Part shown: in pieces, positions 27,993 through 36,849 of the stretch | Numbering within the stretch: the stretch's first letter is position 1 | Layout: each line of letters starts with the position of its first letter | Origin: Herpetosiphon aurantiacus DSM 785 | GTDB lineage: Bacteria; Chloroflexota; Chloroflexia; Chloroflexales; Herpetosiphonaceae | NCBI GenBank assembly: GCA_000018565.1 | Contig: CP000875.1 | Location: 633,199 to 697,198, forward strand | Direction: 5' to 3' | DNA length: 64,000 nt | Position numbers and translations under genes: made by a program | Notes under the pieces: generated by a model | The model's database searches: none | What the model was told of the DNA's origin: nothing | Seen by the model: the letters and a program-made list of their open reading frames with translations, nothing else

Positions 27993-28988
27993 CTAGGAAT
28001 GTTGCTCAATAAATTCGCTTACTTTGGTAAACCATTGTTTGGTCAGTAGATCCTTTTCGCGCATGACAACCCGTGCCATTTTAATGATGGTTTCGGCAGC
28101 CTCAAGTTTCTGGGGAATACCTTGTAATTCTTCCCATTGTTGAATATAGCGGCTAATTTGGCTGACAAATTGATTGGGACGCAAACGGTTAAAATCAGCC
28201 AAAAATTGCTCTAAGGCATCTTGTTTGGGGTCGCGTGGTGGTGAGGCCAACTTCAATCGACCATAACCACTAGAGGTTTTAGCTCCAACACCATATTCCA
28301 GCAAGGCTTTTTCCAGAATTGCAAACGCTGCTGTGACCCACGCTTGATCGCCACCGATGGCAAATAAATAGCTGCCTGTTGCACTCAGGAAGGCCACCGG
28401 ATTGGGCGAATCGAAGTCGGTGGGCGCTTGTAAATTGCCTTGCTGATAGGTCATATGATGCGGAGTCATCACATCAATCGCGAGCGGTTGGCTGCTATTG
28501 GGAATATACAAGGCATCAAAGAAGGTCAGATAGCCAGCGCTTTCAGGATGCCCAAACATCGTTTGGTAGGCATTCAACGGCTTTTCAGCTTGGGTTTCTG
28601 AACCTTTAGTCCAATCGTCGCCAAGCTGTTGCCGTGCATAGGCAGCTACCAAGCCTTTGATCGCGCTGCCTGGAATATAGGGCACACCATAGGTATGATG
28701 CAAGCAAATCGAGGTTTCGATTGGGCTGGTATTACCTAAACCGACAATCATGCGCCCTTGAACTTCGGCCTTGCGAAAAGTTGCTCCAGCCTGCTCAAGG
28801 TTCGCTGCCCAACGATTATAAAAATGTGTATACAGGGCTGGTATTTGTAGGCCTGCCACTTGTTCAACCAAGCTAGCTTTGGCTTTGCTCTCATCATCAG
28901 CGCTGCCTTCGGTTAAAAATCGATTGAGCCATAAGCCCGCGTGGGTATTTGGGGCAGGTTTGATCTGGGCTAGTGCTGTTCTACGCAT
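27993..28988 (-). CDS. cmr6: Type III-B CRISPR RAMP protein Cmr6 (Cas7 family)
   Basis: 'HAGLWLNRF' N-terminal motif. G-rich loop 'GVPYIPGSAIKGLV'. C-terminal 'TSSGYGRL'. The ORF track extends to 29051, but an internal Met at 28988 avoids overlap with cmr5. Confidence 0.8.
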   Translation of the reverse strand: MRRTALAQIKPAPNTHAGLWLNRFLTEGSADDESKAKASLVEQVAGLQIPALYTHFYNRWAANLEQAGATFRKAEVQGRMIVGLGNTSPIETSICLHHTYGVPYIPGSAIKGLVAAYARQQLGDDWTKGSETQAEKPLNAYQTMFGHPESAGYLTFFDALYIPNSSQPLAIDVMTPHHMTYQQGNLQAPTDFDSPNPVAFLSATGSYLFAIGGDQAWVTAAFAILEKALLEYGVGAKTSSGYGRLKLASPPRDPKQDALEQFLADFNRLRPNQFVSQISRYIQQWEELQGIPQKLEAAETIIKMARVVMREKDLLTKQWFTKVSEFIEQHS

Positions 28989-29424
28989 TATTTTCCCCGC
29001 TATCTGACTCTGTGGCCTCACTCGCCTCCAAATCAAGGATCGATTGGGCAAAGCGTTTGAACCAAACCAACACTGCTAGTGTTTGCCGCGTCAAGCGCAT
29101 ATATTCGGTGATTTGGGCAGTGCGGCTCTGGTCAAGTAATTCTTGGGTATTTTGGTAGCCTAAAACATCGGCCAAATCTTCAAGAAACTGTTTTTGTTCG
29201 GCTTTTTTGCGGGTGCTGGCAAAATGCAATGCTTGGACAAGCCCAGCACTCCGAATCATGATTGGTAAGGTAAATGCTAAATTTCCATAGCGTGTGCGTA
29301 TATCTTTTGATTCACCGCTATAGGCGTTGGCCTTGGCATAAACCTTGGTTGCATAACGTTGCTCAAGGGTTTGACGTTGGCTCATTGACATTAGCGATCT
29401 CCTTGCGCTATAGTAAGTTGACAT
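28981..29424 (-). CDS. cmr5: Type III-B small subunit Cmr5 (Cas11 family)
   Basis: 147 aa, all-helical. 'LPIMIRSAGLVQALHF' matches the Cmr5 core motif. Confidence 0.7.
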   Translation of the reverse strand: MSTYYSARRSLMSMSQRQTLEQRYATKVYAKANAYSGESKDIRTRYGNLAFTLPIMIRSAGLVQALHFASTRKKAEQKQFLEDLADVLGYQNTQELLDQSRTAQITEYMRLTRQTLAVLVWFKRFAQSILDLEASEATESDSGENNA

Positions 29425-30227
29425 AAACCACAGCCAACTGTTGCATTCCCACCTAATTGGATGATTCCCTGATTGGCTACTTCGATAATTGCAGTTATGA
29501 CTTGATCGCGATTGGCACTGCGTTTTTGGTCGTTGATCGCGACAATTCCGGCCAAAATTGTTTCAGCAGGTAGGGCTTCTTCATACCAAAGCCCGCCTTT
29601 GGTTACAACCTTGGTATTGTCATCAAGCCGAATGCGAGCGGTAATTTCGGTTGCGGTGGTCACCAAGAAATTAAAAATCTCATCGGGTACAATACATAGT
29701 CGTTCTTGAAGAATCGTTTGCCAATCGGGTTTATCAGGAAACAATTGCTTAGCCAGCCAGCCAGCCCAAGCATCAGCTCCTGGTGTTGCTTCAAGGTCAA
29801 GATCTTCAAGATAGACTTTTTGTTGGTAGCTTAATACGCTATTTTGGCTAATTAAGGCTAGCTCACTGCGTTTAATTTCTGGCAGCCAAAGATTGCTGGT
29901 TTGGGCCTCACGGGCAAATCGGCTGAGTACATACGGCGAGGTTACCCAAGCAAACGTGCCATACAAACTGCGAATTGGCAAAAGTAGCAAGCGCTGATCA
30001 GCAAAAATTGCATCGCCAGCTTGCTCAACATCCCCAAACAGCTGCTTTTTAAGGCTTTCTGAGGCTGGTGAAACATCGCGAATCACGCCTTTGATTGATG
30101 AACCTGGGATATAAGGCAGATTGGTGGCTTTTTCACGGGCAATTGGCAAGTCAATCACATCGACGCTTTGACCAGTGCCCGCATGAATTGGCGAAAGTGC
30201 ATGCACAAAAATCACATGAGTTTGCAT
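29391..30227 (-). CDS. cmr4: Type III-B backbone RAMP Cmr4 (Cas7 family)
   Basis: 'LSPIHAGTGQSVDVIDLPIARE...LPYIPGSSIKGVIRD': the G-rich loop and Asp-containing beta1-alpha1 loop typical of Cmr4/Csm3. Confidence 0.8.
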   Translation of the reverse strand: MQTHVIFVHALSPIHAGTGQSVDVIDLPIAREKATNLPYIPGSSIKGVIRDVSPASESLKKQLFGDVEQAGDAIFADQRLLLLPIRSLYGTFAWVTSPYVLSRFAREAQTSNLWLPEIKRSELALISQNSVLSYQQKVYLEDLDLEATPGADAWAGWLAKQLFPDKPDWQTILQERLCIVPDEIFNFLVTTATEITARIRLDDNTKVVTKGGLWYEEALPAETILAGIVAINDQKRSANRDQVITAIIEVANQGIIQLGGNATVGCGLCQLTIAQGDR

Positions 30228-30229
30228 TC

Positions 30230-31549
30230 TTATTCCTCTATTGTTTCAAGAAAGCTGGTAATAATACTGGGATTGGTAAGCATAGGGCGGCGCTGTTTAT
30301 CAACGATTGTTCTAGCCTGACTCTCTGATACATCAATGATTACTGCGGCAGCAGTGATTCGGCGGTTTTTGATAATTGCCTGCCGACCATCGAGGGTGCT
30401 GCCTTCAAACACTGCGATTAATCCAAAAAGCTGACCAGTTGAGGCAACTGGTTTGAGCAACATTGGGCTGGCAAAACGGTCACCTTTTTGTTGGCTGAAT
30501 TCATGGTTTGCCTGGAGCCGCAATTCTGAGTCGCCTGGATCATCACTATCTTTGAAATGGAAAATAATCGGTAAGCCAAATTCTCCACGCGGGAAGGCAT
30601 CGATCGTACTGAGTGGTTGTTCATGAAGTCTTGAACGTTGACGAGTTAATCGTCGCAGCGCATCTGGCTCGGGCCAACGGCTACGACCTGGGCGGTTTGG
30701 CTGATTGCCATCATTGCGCTGTTGACGAAATTCCTTATAACATCTGAGCAAATCGGCCCAAATATTCAATGCCGTTTGATTGGGCTTGGGCTTGATCAGG
30801 CGTAATTGCATAGTTGGTGCAAGATGCGGTACCCCATTTGGCCAATAGCTACGGTTGCCAATAATCGCCCTGATGTGTTGTTGTAATTCGGCTTTATTGG
30901 CAAATGCAAAGCGATGATTGGCTTTGTCAAGCGCTTGCAACACCCCAAAACCACGTCGGGTACGTGCCCCAATGCCGCCAAAGGTTTGCCAAGCCCACAA
31001 CACTTTTTCCAATTCTTCACGTTGTTCGGCAGATTTTAAGTGAATCGTTAATTTAAATTCAATGCCTTCGCGCACACTGGCATTTTGCTTATCTTGCAAG
31101 GGAAAGGCGGAATAGCCGTAGGGCGAGTTCATGGCCGAAATTTTGACTTCTTGCCCATTTTTGGCGATTACTCGGAATTGGCTGCCACTATTGATTACCT
31201 CTATCTCAACCTGGACTGCTGATGCGCCGCTTGATTGACTATCGGCAGCCTTGCCAAAGAGTGCCGACTCACGGGCAAACATATCTGCTAATAATGCATC
31301 ATGCGATTGAGGCTGATGACTACCGCCAAAACAGGCTCGCCACCAAAAACGTAGTTGGCCGCGAATACTACTTGGGCGAATCAGAAAATTGGAATCATTT
31401 TCACCCGCCTTAACCCCGCCACCCATCAAAGGCGTAATTAAACGATAATTGCGGATGATGGGTTCAATTGGAGGCTTGTGATTTTCAATTTTTTTTACAT
31501 CTGGACAGTTAACTGAAGATTCAGCTGAGGGTTTACGATTAAACATCAT
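30230..31549 (-). CDS. cmr1: Type III-B RAMP Cmr1 (Cas7 family, two RRM-like halves)
   Basis: 'ITPLMGGGVKAGENDSNFLIRPSSIRGQLRFWWRA' is the Cmr1 signature. Second G-rich loop 'GGIGARTRRGFG'. Confidence 0.75.
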   Translation of the reverse strand: MMFNRKPSAESSVNCPDVKKIENHKPPIEPIIRNYRLITPLMGGGVKAGENDSNFLIRPSSIRGQLRFWWRACFGGSHQPQSHDALLADMFARESALFGKAADSQSSGASAVQVEIEVINSGSQFRVIAKNGQEVKISAMNSPYGYSAFPLQDKQNASVREGIEFKLTIHLKSAEQREELEKVLWAWQTFGGIGARTRRGFGVLQALDKANHRFAFANKAELQQHIRAIIGNRSYWPNGVPHLAPTMQLRLIKPKPNQTALNIWADLLRCYKEFRQQRNDGNQPNRPGRSRWPEPDALRRLTRQRSRLHEQPLSTIDAFPRGEFGLPIIFHFKDSDDPGDSELRLQANHEFSQQKGDRFASPMLLKPVASTGQLFGLIAVFEGSTLDGRQAIIKNRRITAAAVIIDVSESQARTIVDKQRRPMLTNPSIITSFLETIEE

Positions 31550-32736
31550 GCTAGCTCCTGTAAATAGCCATCATTCCATATGCCCAACACTGCCAATCCA
31601 AAGCCATCTTTGGCAGCTTGCTCGCTGCTACTGATGTTGCTAAACCAGAGTTGGCGTGCCCATTGCTCAATCTCAGCATCGCTGCCAGTAAGCTCAACAA
31701 ACAGCACAGTGCCGGCGGCAGCAAGGCGGCGGGTTGCTTTTGGGCGTTGGAGGCGTAAATCCCAACCTGAAACATATTCGGGCCGAGGGTTTACCACGGC
31801 TTTAATAGTGGCTGTCATCGGCAAGCCAAAAGTTGGTAAATGTTTGGGATAAAAGCCTGCATCCCAAATGGCTGGTGTGAGCAGGATAATCCGACAATGT
31901 TTGGTTTGGACAATCGCGGCTAGAATGCTTGGCTCAATTGTTTCAATGCCAGCGGCAGTACCACTTGGAACTCGATACCATTCAACTAACCTACGTTCAG
32001 CACCTAAACTGGCAACTGCCGGATCGATTGGCGTGCTGCTCCATAAACCTAGGCCATAGCCAGCCTCAAGCGATTGAAAACTCAGGCCTTGGGTTTGGAA
32101 TAATTGGCCATCCTCAGCGATTTGGGTGCTTGGCTTAATCCCTACATGCGTTCGGGTATCGCCCTCTAAGTCGAGCATTTGGCCAGCAGCTCGCTGCTGC
32201 TCAAGATCGAATGGCTGGATCGGTGGATTGATTAACCATGGTAAAAACAGCCTTTCCCAATTCCAAAAGCGTGGTAGGTTTGCGGGGGCTTTGCCTTTGG
32301 TGTGCTGTTGACTCCCAACTAAGCTAAACCTTGGTTGATCAGGCTGCTGCCCAAGCACAAGATCAGTTTGCTCAGTCGGGAAATAGCGTGGGTCGAGTGG
32401 TTGTAAGCGATAACAGGTAACATTTGCCCCATCCTGACGAATCAAGGCATCGGCAGGGATTGCAACAAATGGAATCAACAAATCAACGGTTTCTTTGAGC
32501 AGAATCGGGCCACGTACCTGCATCGCTAAGAGATTGGTATATTCAGGATCGCTTAATTTGGCGGAAAAATTGTAGTTGGCTTTCACTCCAGCCCGTGCCC
32601 GAAAGCCGCCAACCGTGACCGACGGTGGTGGGAAACTGAGGCTTTTGGCGCGGGCACCTGGCTGGTTTTCAAATGGGCGACCATCGGCAATTACCAAGGA
32701 GTTGAATGGCTGAATTAGCCAGAGATCAAGTGTCAT
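31546..32736 (-). CDS. cmr3: Type III-B Cmr3 (Cas5-group RAMP)
   Basis: N-terminal 'LIQPFNSLVIADGRPFENQPGARAKSLSFPPPSVTVGGFRA' is the classic Cmr3 start. 4-nt overlaps with its neighbours indicate an operon. Confidence 0.8.
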   Translation of the reverse strand: MTLDLWLIQPFNSLVIADGRPFENQPGARAKSLSFPPPSVTVGGFRARAGVKANYNFSAKLSDPEYTNLLAMQVRGPILLKETVDLLIPFVAIPADALIRQDGANVTCYRLQPLDPRYFPTEQTDLVLGQQPDQPRFSLVGSQQHTKGKAPANLPRFWNWERLFLPWLINPPIQPFDLEQQRAAGQMLDLEGDTRTHVGIKPSTQIAEDGQLFQTQGLSFQSLEAGYGLGLWSSTPIDPAVASLGAERRLVEWYRVPSGTAAGIETIEPSILAAIVQTKHCRIILLTPAIWDAGFYPKHLPTFGLPMTATIKAVVNPRPEYVSGWDLRLQRPKATRRLAAAGTVLFVELTGSDAEIEQWARQLWFSNISSSEQAAKDGFGLAVLGIWNDGYLQELA

Positions 32737-34619
32737 AATTGAGGTACTCCTTGGGGCTGAGTCTTTTCAAATAAGGCCTGAACATTGGCTAACTCCCGTG
32801 CCACTAAATTCATGGCGATAAAATCGCGCAGATATTGGTCTGCTTGATCTGAGTTTGATGAATGACTCGAACAATAGCCAATAATGTTTTGGAGCAGATT
32901 AATCACATCAGCAGCCAAAAATGTAGCTTCGCCTGCAGACTGAATTTGTTTGCGCTTCAAAATTCGCAGCGTTTCATGTTCAATAATCTTGAGCGTTTGT
33001 TGAAGTTCTGTTCGATCATTGATAAGCCCAAAGTCAAAGCGCTTGAGTAGCTCATCAAGCTCAAAAATAAAGCCATCAGGAATTGTTTGTTGGCAATGCA
33101 GCTCAACTAATTTGGTTAAGTGTTGATAAAATTCTGTATCCCACTGACCAACAATGGTTTTATCGGAGCCATTACGTTTGCTCAAAATAATTGCTAAGGC
33201 ATTACGCGGCTTTTTGGCTAGCTTCTCGGCCTTCCGCGCCAATTGAATTGAATCCTGCAAGGCTTCAAGATGATGCACAATTGCCACCCCAACCGAGAGT
33301 GTTGGTGTGCTAACAGCCTGTTGCTCGGCTAGTGGTTGCATATATTCGATAAAGAGATCGCTGATTTTTTTGGTAGCTGCTAAAAGTGTATGTAATGGAA
33401 GAAGCGCTAGTACATCATCGCCACCAGCATAAATGACTGCTGCTTGGTAATCATTTTCTAGAATTTGAGCTGCATCTTTAGCAAATGTTGTAACAACCTT
33501 GGATAAATCGCGATGAATTTGTACATCGCTAATCGAATCAATTAAATTGCCCATTTTATCGCCATCGGCAGCAATAATCGCATAATAGGGATTTGGGCGT
33601 TGTTTGGCATAAGCAGTTATAAAATCTTCCAAATAGCCGCGTGCTTGCTTAATAATTACAGTATTCAAATCAGTATTGGCGAAATCTTCCCCTAAGCGCG
33701 ACTCAAAAACCAATGAACCATCAAAAAAATCGCGGTTAGTATTTTCGCTTGGAAAGAGGGCAATTCGATCAAAGCGCTGAACTCGTGGTAAATATTCAGT
33801 GATGCGATAGCCTGTGCTACGTAGATTATTGATATAGCGTTCCCAACCTTGGCGAGCTAAAGTGCTTTGATTAACATGTTCAGCAAATGCCAGCGCAGCC
33901 ATATGCGAAGTACTTGGGAATCCGTCTAAACCTTTTGGATAGGCTTGGTCTAAATCTTGTGGTTTGAGCATACGCTTGAGTAAATCGACGGCTGAGAGAT
34001 TTTCGCCCGATTTTGCTCCATTGGCTATTAGCGTGTGCCAGCCATCGAGCGACGATTTATCCGAGCGCTTCATATTTTGGGGGTCTTGTTGCCAATCAAT
34101 TAAGCCAAAGTTGCGGGTATTTTTACGTGCTGCATAGAGCTGGTAAAGCTTTTTGCGTTGTTGCGCATAGTGCTGGTCATCCGGTAAATCAACATATACA
34201 TACTGAAACTCAAATAAATCTTTTAATTGTTTAATAAGCTGCTGTTCACGCTGCTCTTCCGACAGGCCTTCGAGCCAATTGATCTGTTTAGTTTTCAGCA
34301 GAATGTTTACGAATTGGTCAATTTCTTGATCAAAGGCTGCCTTTGCGTGGGTAATGGCTGCTTGGGCATCGGGCACGATCACCAAAATTTGGTTACTATA
34401 GCTGATTCGTTCAGTACTTGGATCGCTATTTTCGGCTTCGGGCGAGGGCAAACTATCGCCAGTTGGAAAGATCAAGCCTTCGCGTGGCAGGGTTTGGGCG
34501 ACCTTTTTGGCAAGATGACTGAGCACCCACGAACCAAACCAGACATCGCGGGTGCGCCGAGCCTGCTCGATAAATTCCTGAACTGGCCCTAGGGCGATCA
34601 ACAACAGCGATCGATTCAT
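32733..34619 (-). CDS. cmr2: Cas10/Cmr2 lacking the N-terminal HD nuclease domain (Cmr2dHD-like) with an intact GGDD cyclase/palm motif
   Basis: N-terminal 'ALGPVQEFIEQARRTRDVWFGSWVLSHL' matches the Cmr2 motif just after the HD domain. 'VIYAGGDDVLALLP' is the GGDD palm motif. The protein is 628 aa with no H-D motifs and few cysteines. Confidence 0.8.
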   Translation of the reverse strand: MNRSLLLIALGPVQEFIEQARRTRDVWFGSWVLSHLAKKVAQTLPREGLIFPTGDSLPSPEAENSDPSTERISYSNQILVIVPDAQAAITHAKAAFDQEIDQFVNILLKTKQINWLEGLSEEQREQQLIKQLKDLFEFQYVYVDLPDDQHYAQQRKKLYQLYAARKNTRNFGLIDWQQDPQNMKRSDKSSLDGWHTLIANGAKSGENLSAVDLLKRMLKPQDLDQAYPKGLDGFPSTSHMAALAFAEHVNQSTLARQGWERYINNLRSTGYRITEYLPRVQRFDRIALFPSENTNRDFFDGSLVFESRLGEDFANTDLNTVIIKQARGYLEDFITAYAKQRPNPYYAIIAADGDKMGNLIDSISDVQIHRDLSKVVTTFAKDAAQILENDYQAAVIYAGGDDVLALLPLHTLLAATKKISDLFIEYMQPLAEQQAVSTPTLSVGVAIVHHLEALQDSIQLARKAEKLAKKPRNALAIILSKRNGSDKTIVGQWDTEFYQHLTKLVELHCQQTIPDGFIFELDELLKRFDFGLINDRTELQQTLKIIEHETLRILKRKQIQSAGEATFLAADVINLLQNIIGYCSSHSSNSDQADQYLRDFIAMNLVARELANVQALFEKTQPQGVPQL

Positions 34620-34656
34620 TGCAACACTCCTCTAGGTAAACGGGGAACTCTGCGCT

Positions 34657-34686
34657 ATTATAACAATGCAACTCCATGTTAGGCAA
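34657..34686 (-). promoter_or_regulatory. Candidate sigma-70-type promoter of the cmr operon with an extended -10
   Basis: On the minus strand: TTGCCT, 18 nt spacer, TGtTATAAT. Located about 40 nt upstream of the cmr2 ATG, which is preceded by GAGGAG. Confidence 0.35.
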
Positions 34687-34940
34687 GAGTGGTTTTTGGT
34701 TTAGTTCGAGGTGCTTGTACGATGGATGATCTAGAAGATCGCTTACAGGAAATTAAAGATAGGCGGCGCGTTCACAGAAATACTCTTCGTAAGCTTGAAC
34801 CTCAAAAAAGCAGGCTTGGAGTAAATATAGATATACAGCTAGAAAATTTCTTAATACAACAAAAAGAAGCCGATTCAATGTTATGAATTTATCAATGATC
34901 GAGCTGAATATATTCCTTCGTGCTTGATTAAACAAAATTA

Positions 34941-34972
34941 AAGCTTAGCCCGCAAATCAAACCATGATCTGC
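34941..34972. terminator. Terminator hairpin downstream of the lipoprotein gene
   Basis: agcccgcagatcatggtttgatttgcgggct forms a perfect 8-bp GC-rich stem. Confidence 0.5.
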
Positions 34973-34983
34973 GGGCTGTTGGT

Positions 34984-35745
34984 TTACTTGGGGCTAATTG
35001 TCCAATCGCCATCGGCCTGCACATCCCACAAGCATGGGCCTTCAGAGAATTTGACAATCGCAGAGCCATCAACTGTGCCAATCTCGTTTTGGGCGTAATC
35101 CATACCGCCTTGGCAAGTGACTTGCACGATAAAATTGCTATCGCCATTGTGGGTGAAATTGAATGGAATTGGCCCTTCTTGGTTGGGCATAAATAGGCCG
35201 CTGACCAGATCACCAGTGCCGCTCAGGCCATCGGCGGCGGTAGCTTCCAAGCCAATTGGCACAATTTCGGCTGTCCACTCGCCATCGGCATCAATCTCCA
35301 AAAAGCTGCTGCTATCGCCATACAACACTCGCGAACCAGCATAACGCCCAATTTCGTTGACCAAATAGCTTTCATCGCCCTCAGCGTTATAGGCTTTGAC
35401 GATAAAGTTGCGTCGCCCAGTATGGGTCAATTTAATAATGCTAACTGCGCTGGGTGGCATAAATGCATCAGTCACAGTTTGGCCAACGCCGCTCAGCACA
35501 ACTGGCTCAGGAATTGGCGTGGCCGTCGCGGTTGGCCGTGGCGTGCGAGTTGGCTTGGGCTTAGCGGTTGGACGAGGTGTGTTAGTTGGCCGTGGCGTGC
35601 GCGTCGGTTTGGCCGTTGGCTCATCGGTTGGCTCGGCTTGGGCTACTTGGGCCACACTTGCCGCCGATTCGATTTGTTGCCCAGTCGTTTGACCACAAGC
35701 CAGCAATAGCAAACCGATCAGCATAAAACCAAGAAAACGTTGCAT
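34984..35745 (-). CDS. Secreted lipoprotein with a Pro/Thr-rich linker (function unknown)
   Basis: Signal peptide plus lipobox 'LLLACGQ'. (PTRTPRPT)n linker. Beta-rich C-terminal domain. Confidence 0.55.
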   Translation of the reverse strand: MQRFLGFMLIGLLLLACGQTTGQQIESAASVAQVAQAEPTDEPTAKPTRTPRPTNTPRPTAKPKPTRTPRPTATATPIPEPVVLSGVGQTVTDAFMPPSAVSIIKLTHTGRRNFIVKAYNAEGDESYLVNEIGRYAGSRVLYGDSSSFLEIDADGEWTAEIVPIGLEATAADGLSGTGDLVSGLFMPNQEGPIPFNFTHNGDSNFIVQVTCQGGMDYAQNEIGTVDGSAIVKFSEGPCLWDVQADGDWTISPK

Positions 35746-35817
35746 CGATGAACTCCTTCAATACTTCAACTGATTGTTGGAGTTACTTTAGCAACACCCT
35801 AGGGCACAAATGTGGAT

Positions 35818-36849
35818 TTAATCGTTACGATAGACAAATTGATTATGCCAGTTAAGCGCAATCGGATTAGGATACAAGTGCGCTTGGTTGGGCAATTGGA
35901 TTGATTGGCGGGTGAAGGCGAGCAGCGTTTGGTTAGCAGGTGGTTGATCATCGACAAGCGGTGAAATTTGTATTTTATAGCTTGGTGTAATCGTTAATAA
36001 ACCTTGATCGAATACCCAATGATGCAATCCACACAATGCAACCCCATTGCGCGGATCATCGTTATAACTCCGACTCCACGGAATGATATGAGCCGCCTCG
36101 GCTGCACTCCGCCCTTCGGGGGTAATAACTCTTATGCCACAAATGGCACAGCAATAATCATAACTAGGCACGACAATTTGGCGAAATGCGCTGGAACGTA
36201 CTTCAACTTGGTATGGCGCGTCGGTTGCTGGAATTTCGCGAAACATGCGCTGGCTTTGCTCAATTAACAGTTTGCTATAGTCGAAAATTTCAGTATTGAT
36301 TTGGGCAATCATGCCGAGGGCAGTCCATAATTCCGGCGTAAAATACTGTTGAATCAAGCTTTGGCGAAGTTGTGTGCGGGCAAATGGCTGTTGTAACAAC
36401 TCAAATAATGCTTGATCAAGCGTTGCCCCAAGCACAAGTTGATTTAATTGATTGATTGTTTTGATATCTTTTGTTGCTGCCAATCGTTGCTGCATACCTG
36501 GTTGGGCTTGCAAATGCCAAAATCCCTCACTTTTAAGGTAGAAAAATGGCTGAATCGGATTGGCAAACTTTGTTGAATCAAAAATAATGCGCCAATATCG
36601 GTCAAAGGTTTCAAGCAAAAACTCCGAATACTCGATAAAATTATGCGTGAGTGTACCAACCGAAATCAGATCGCTAACCGCAAGTAGCATCAATGGTTTA
36701 TAGGGCGCACGAAAATGGGTGCTTTCAGGCCAAGCTTGTGATGGCGATAGCTTAAGTTTTTCGAAGGCTCGCTGATATTGTGCAAGCATACATACTCCCA
36801 AAGCTCTAAAATCTCTATTTAAGGAATTACTATGCAGATTGAAGTGCAA
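35818..36849 (-). CDS. HNH-family nuclease (HNH_2 / COG3440-like predicted restriction endonuclease) with an uncharacterised N-terminal domain
   Basis: 'YDYCCAICGIRVITPEGRSAAEAAHIIPWSRSYNDDPRNGVALCGLHHWVFDQG' carries the C..C / H..H / N / H-H HNH core. Confidence 0.65.
   Translation of the reverse strand: MHFNLHSNSLNRDFRALGVCMLAQYQRAFEKLKLSPSQAWPESTHFRAPYKPLMLLAVSDLISVGTLTHNFIEYSEFLLETFDRYWRIIFDSTKFANPIQPFFYLKSEGFWHLQAQPGMQQRLAATKDIKTINQLNQLVLGATLDQALFELLQQPFARTQLRQSLIQQYFTPELWTALGMIAQINTEIFDYSKLLIEQSQRMFREIPATDAPYQVEVRSSAFRQIVVPSYDYCCAICGIRVITPEGRSAAEAAHIIPWSRSYNDDPRNGVALCGLHHWVFDQGLLTITPSYKIQISPLVDDQPPANQTLLAFTRQSIQLPNQAHLYPNPIALNWHNQFVYRND

Noticed and set aside
27900-35000. Looked for a CRISPR repeat-spacer array flanking the cmr operon
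   Set aside because: No regularly spaced direct repeats are present on either side. The flanks are a hairpin terminator plus the PNPOx gene, and a promoter plus a small ORF and a lipoprotein gene.
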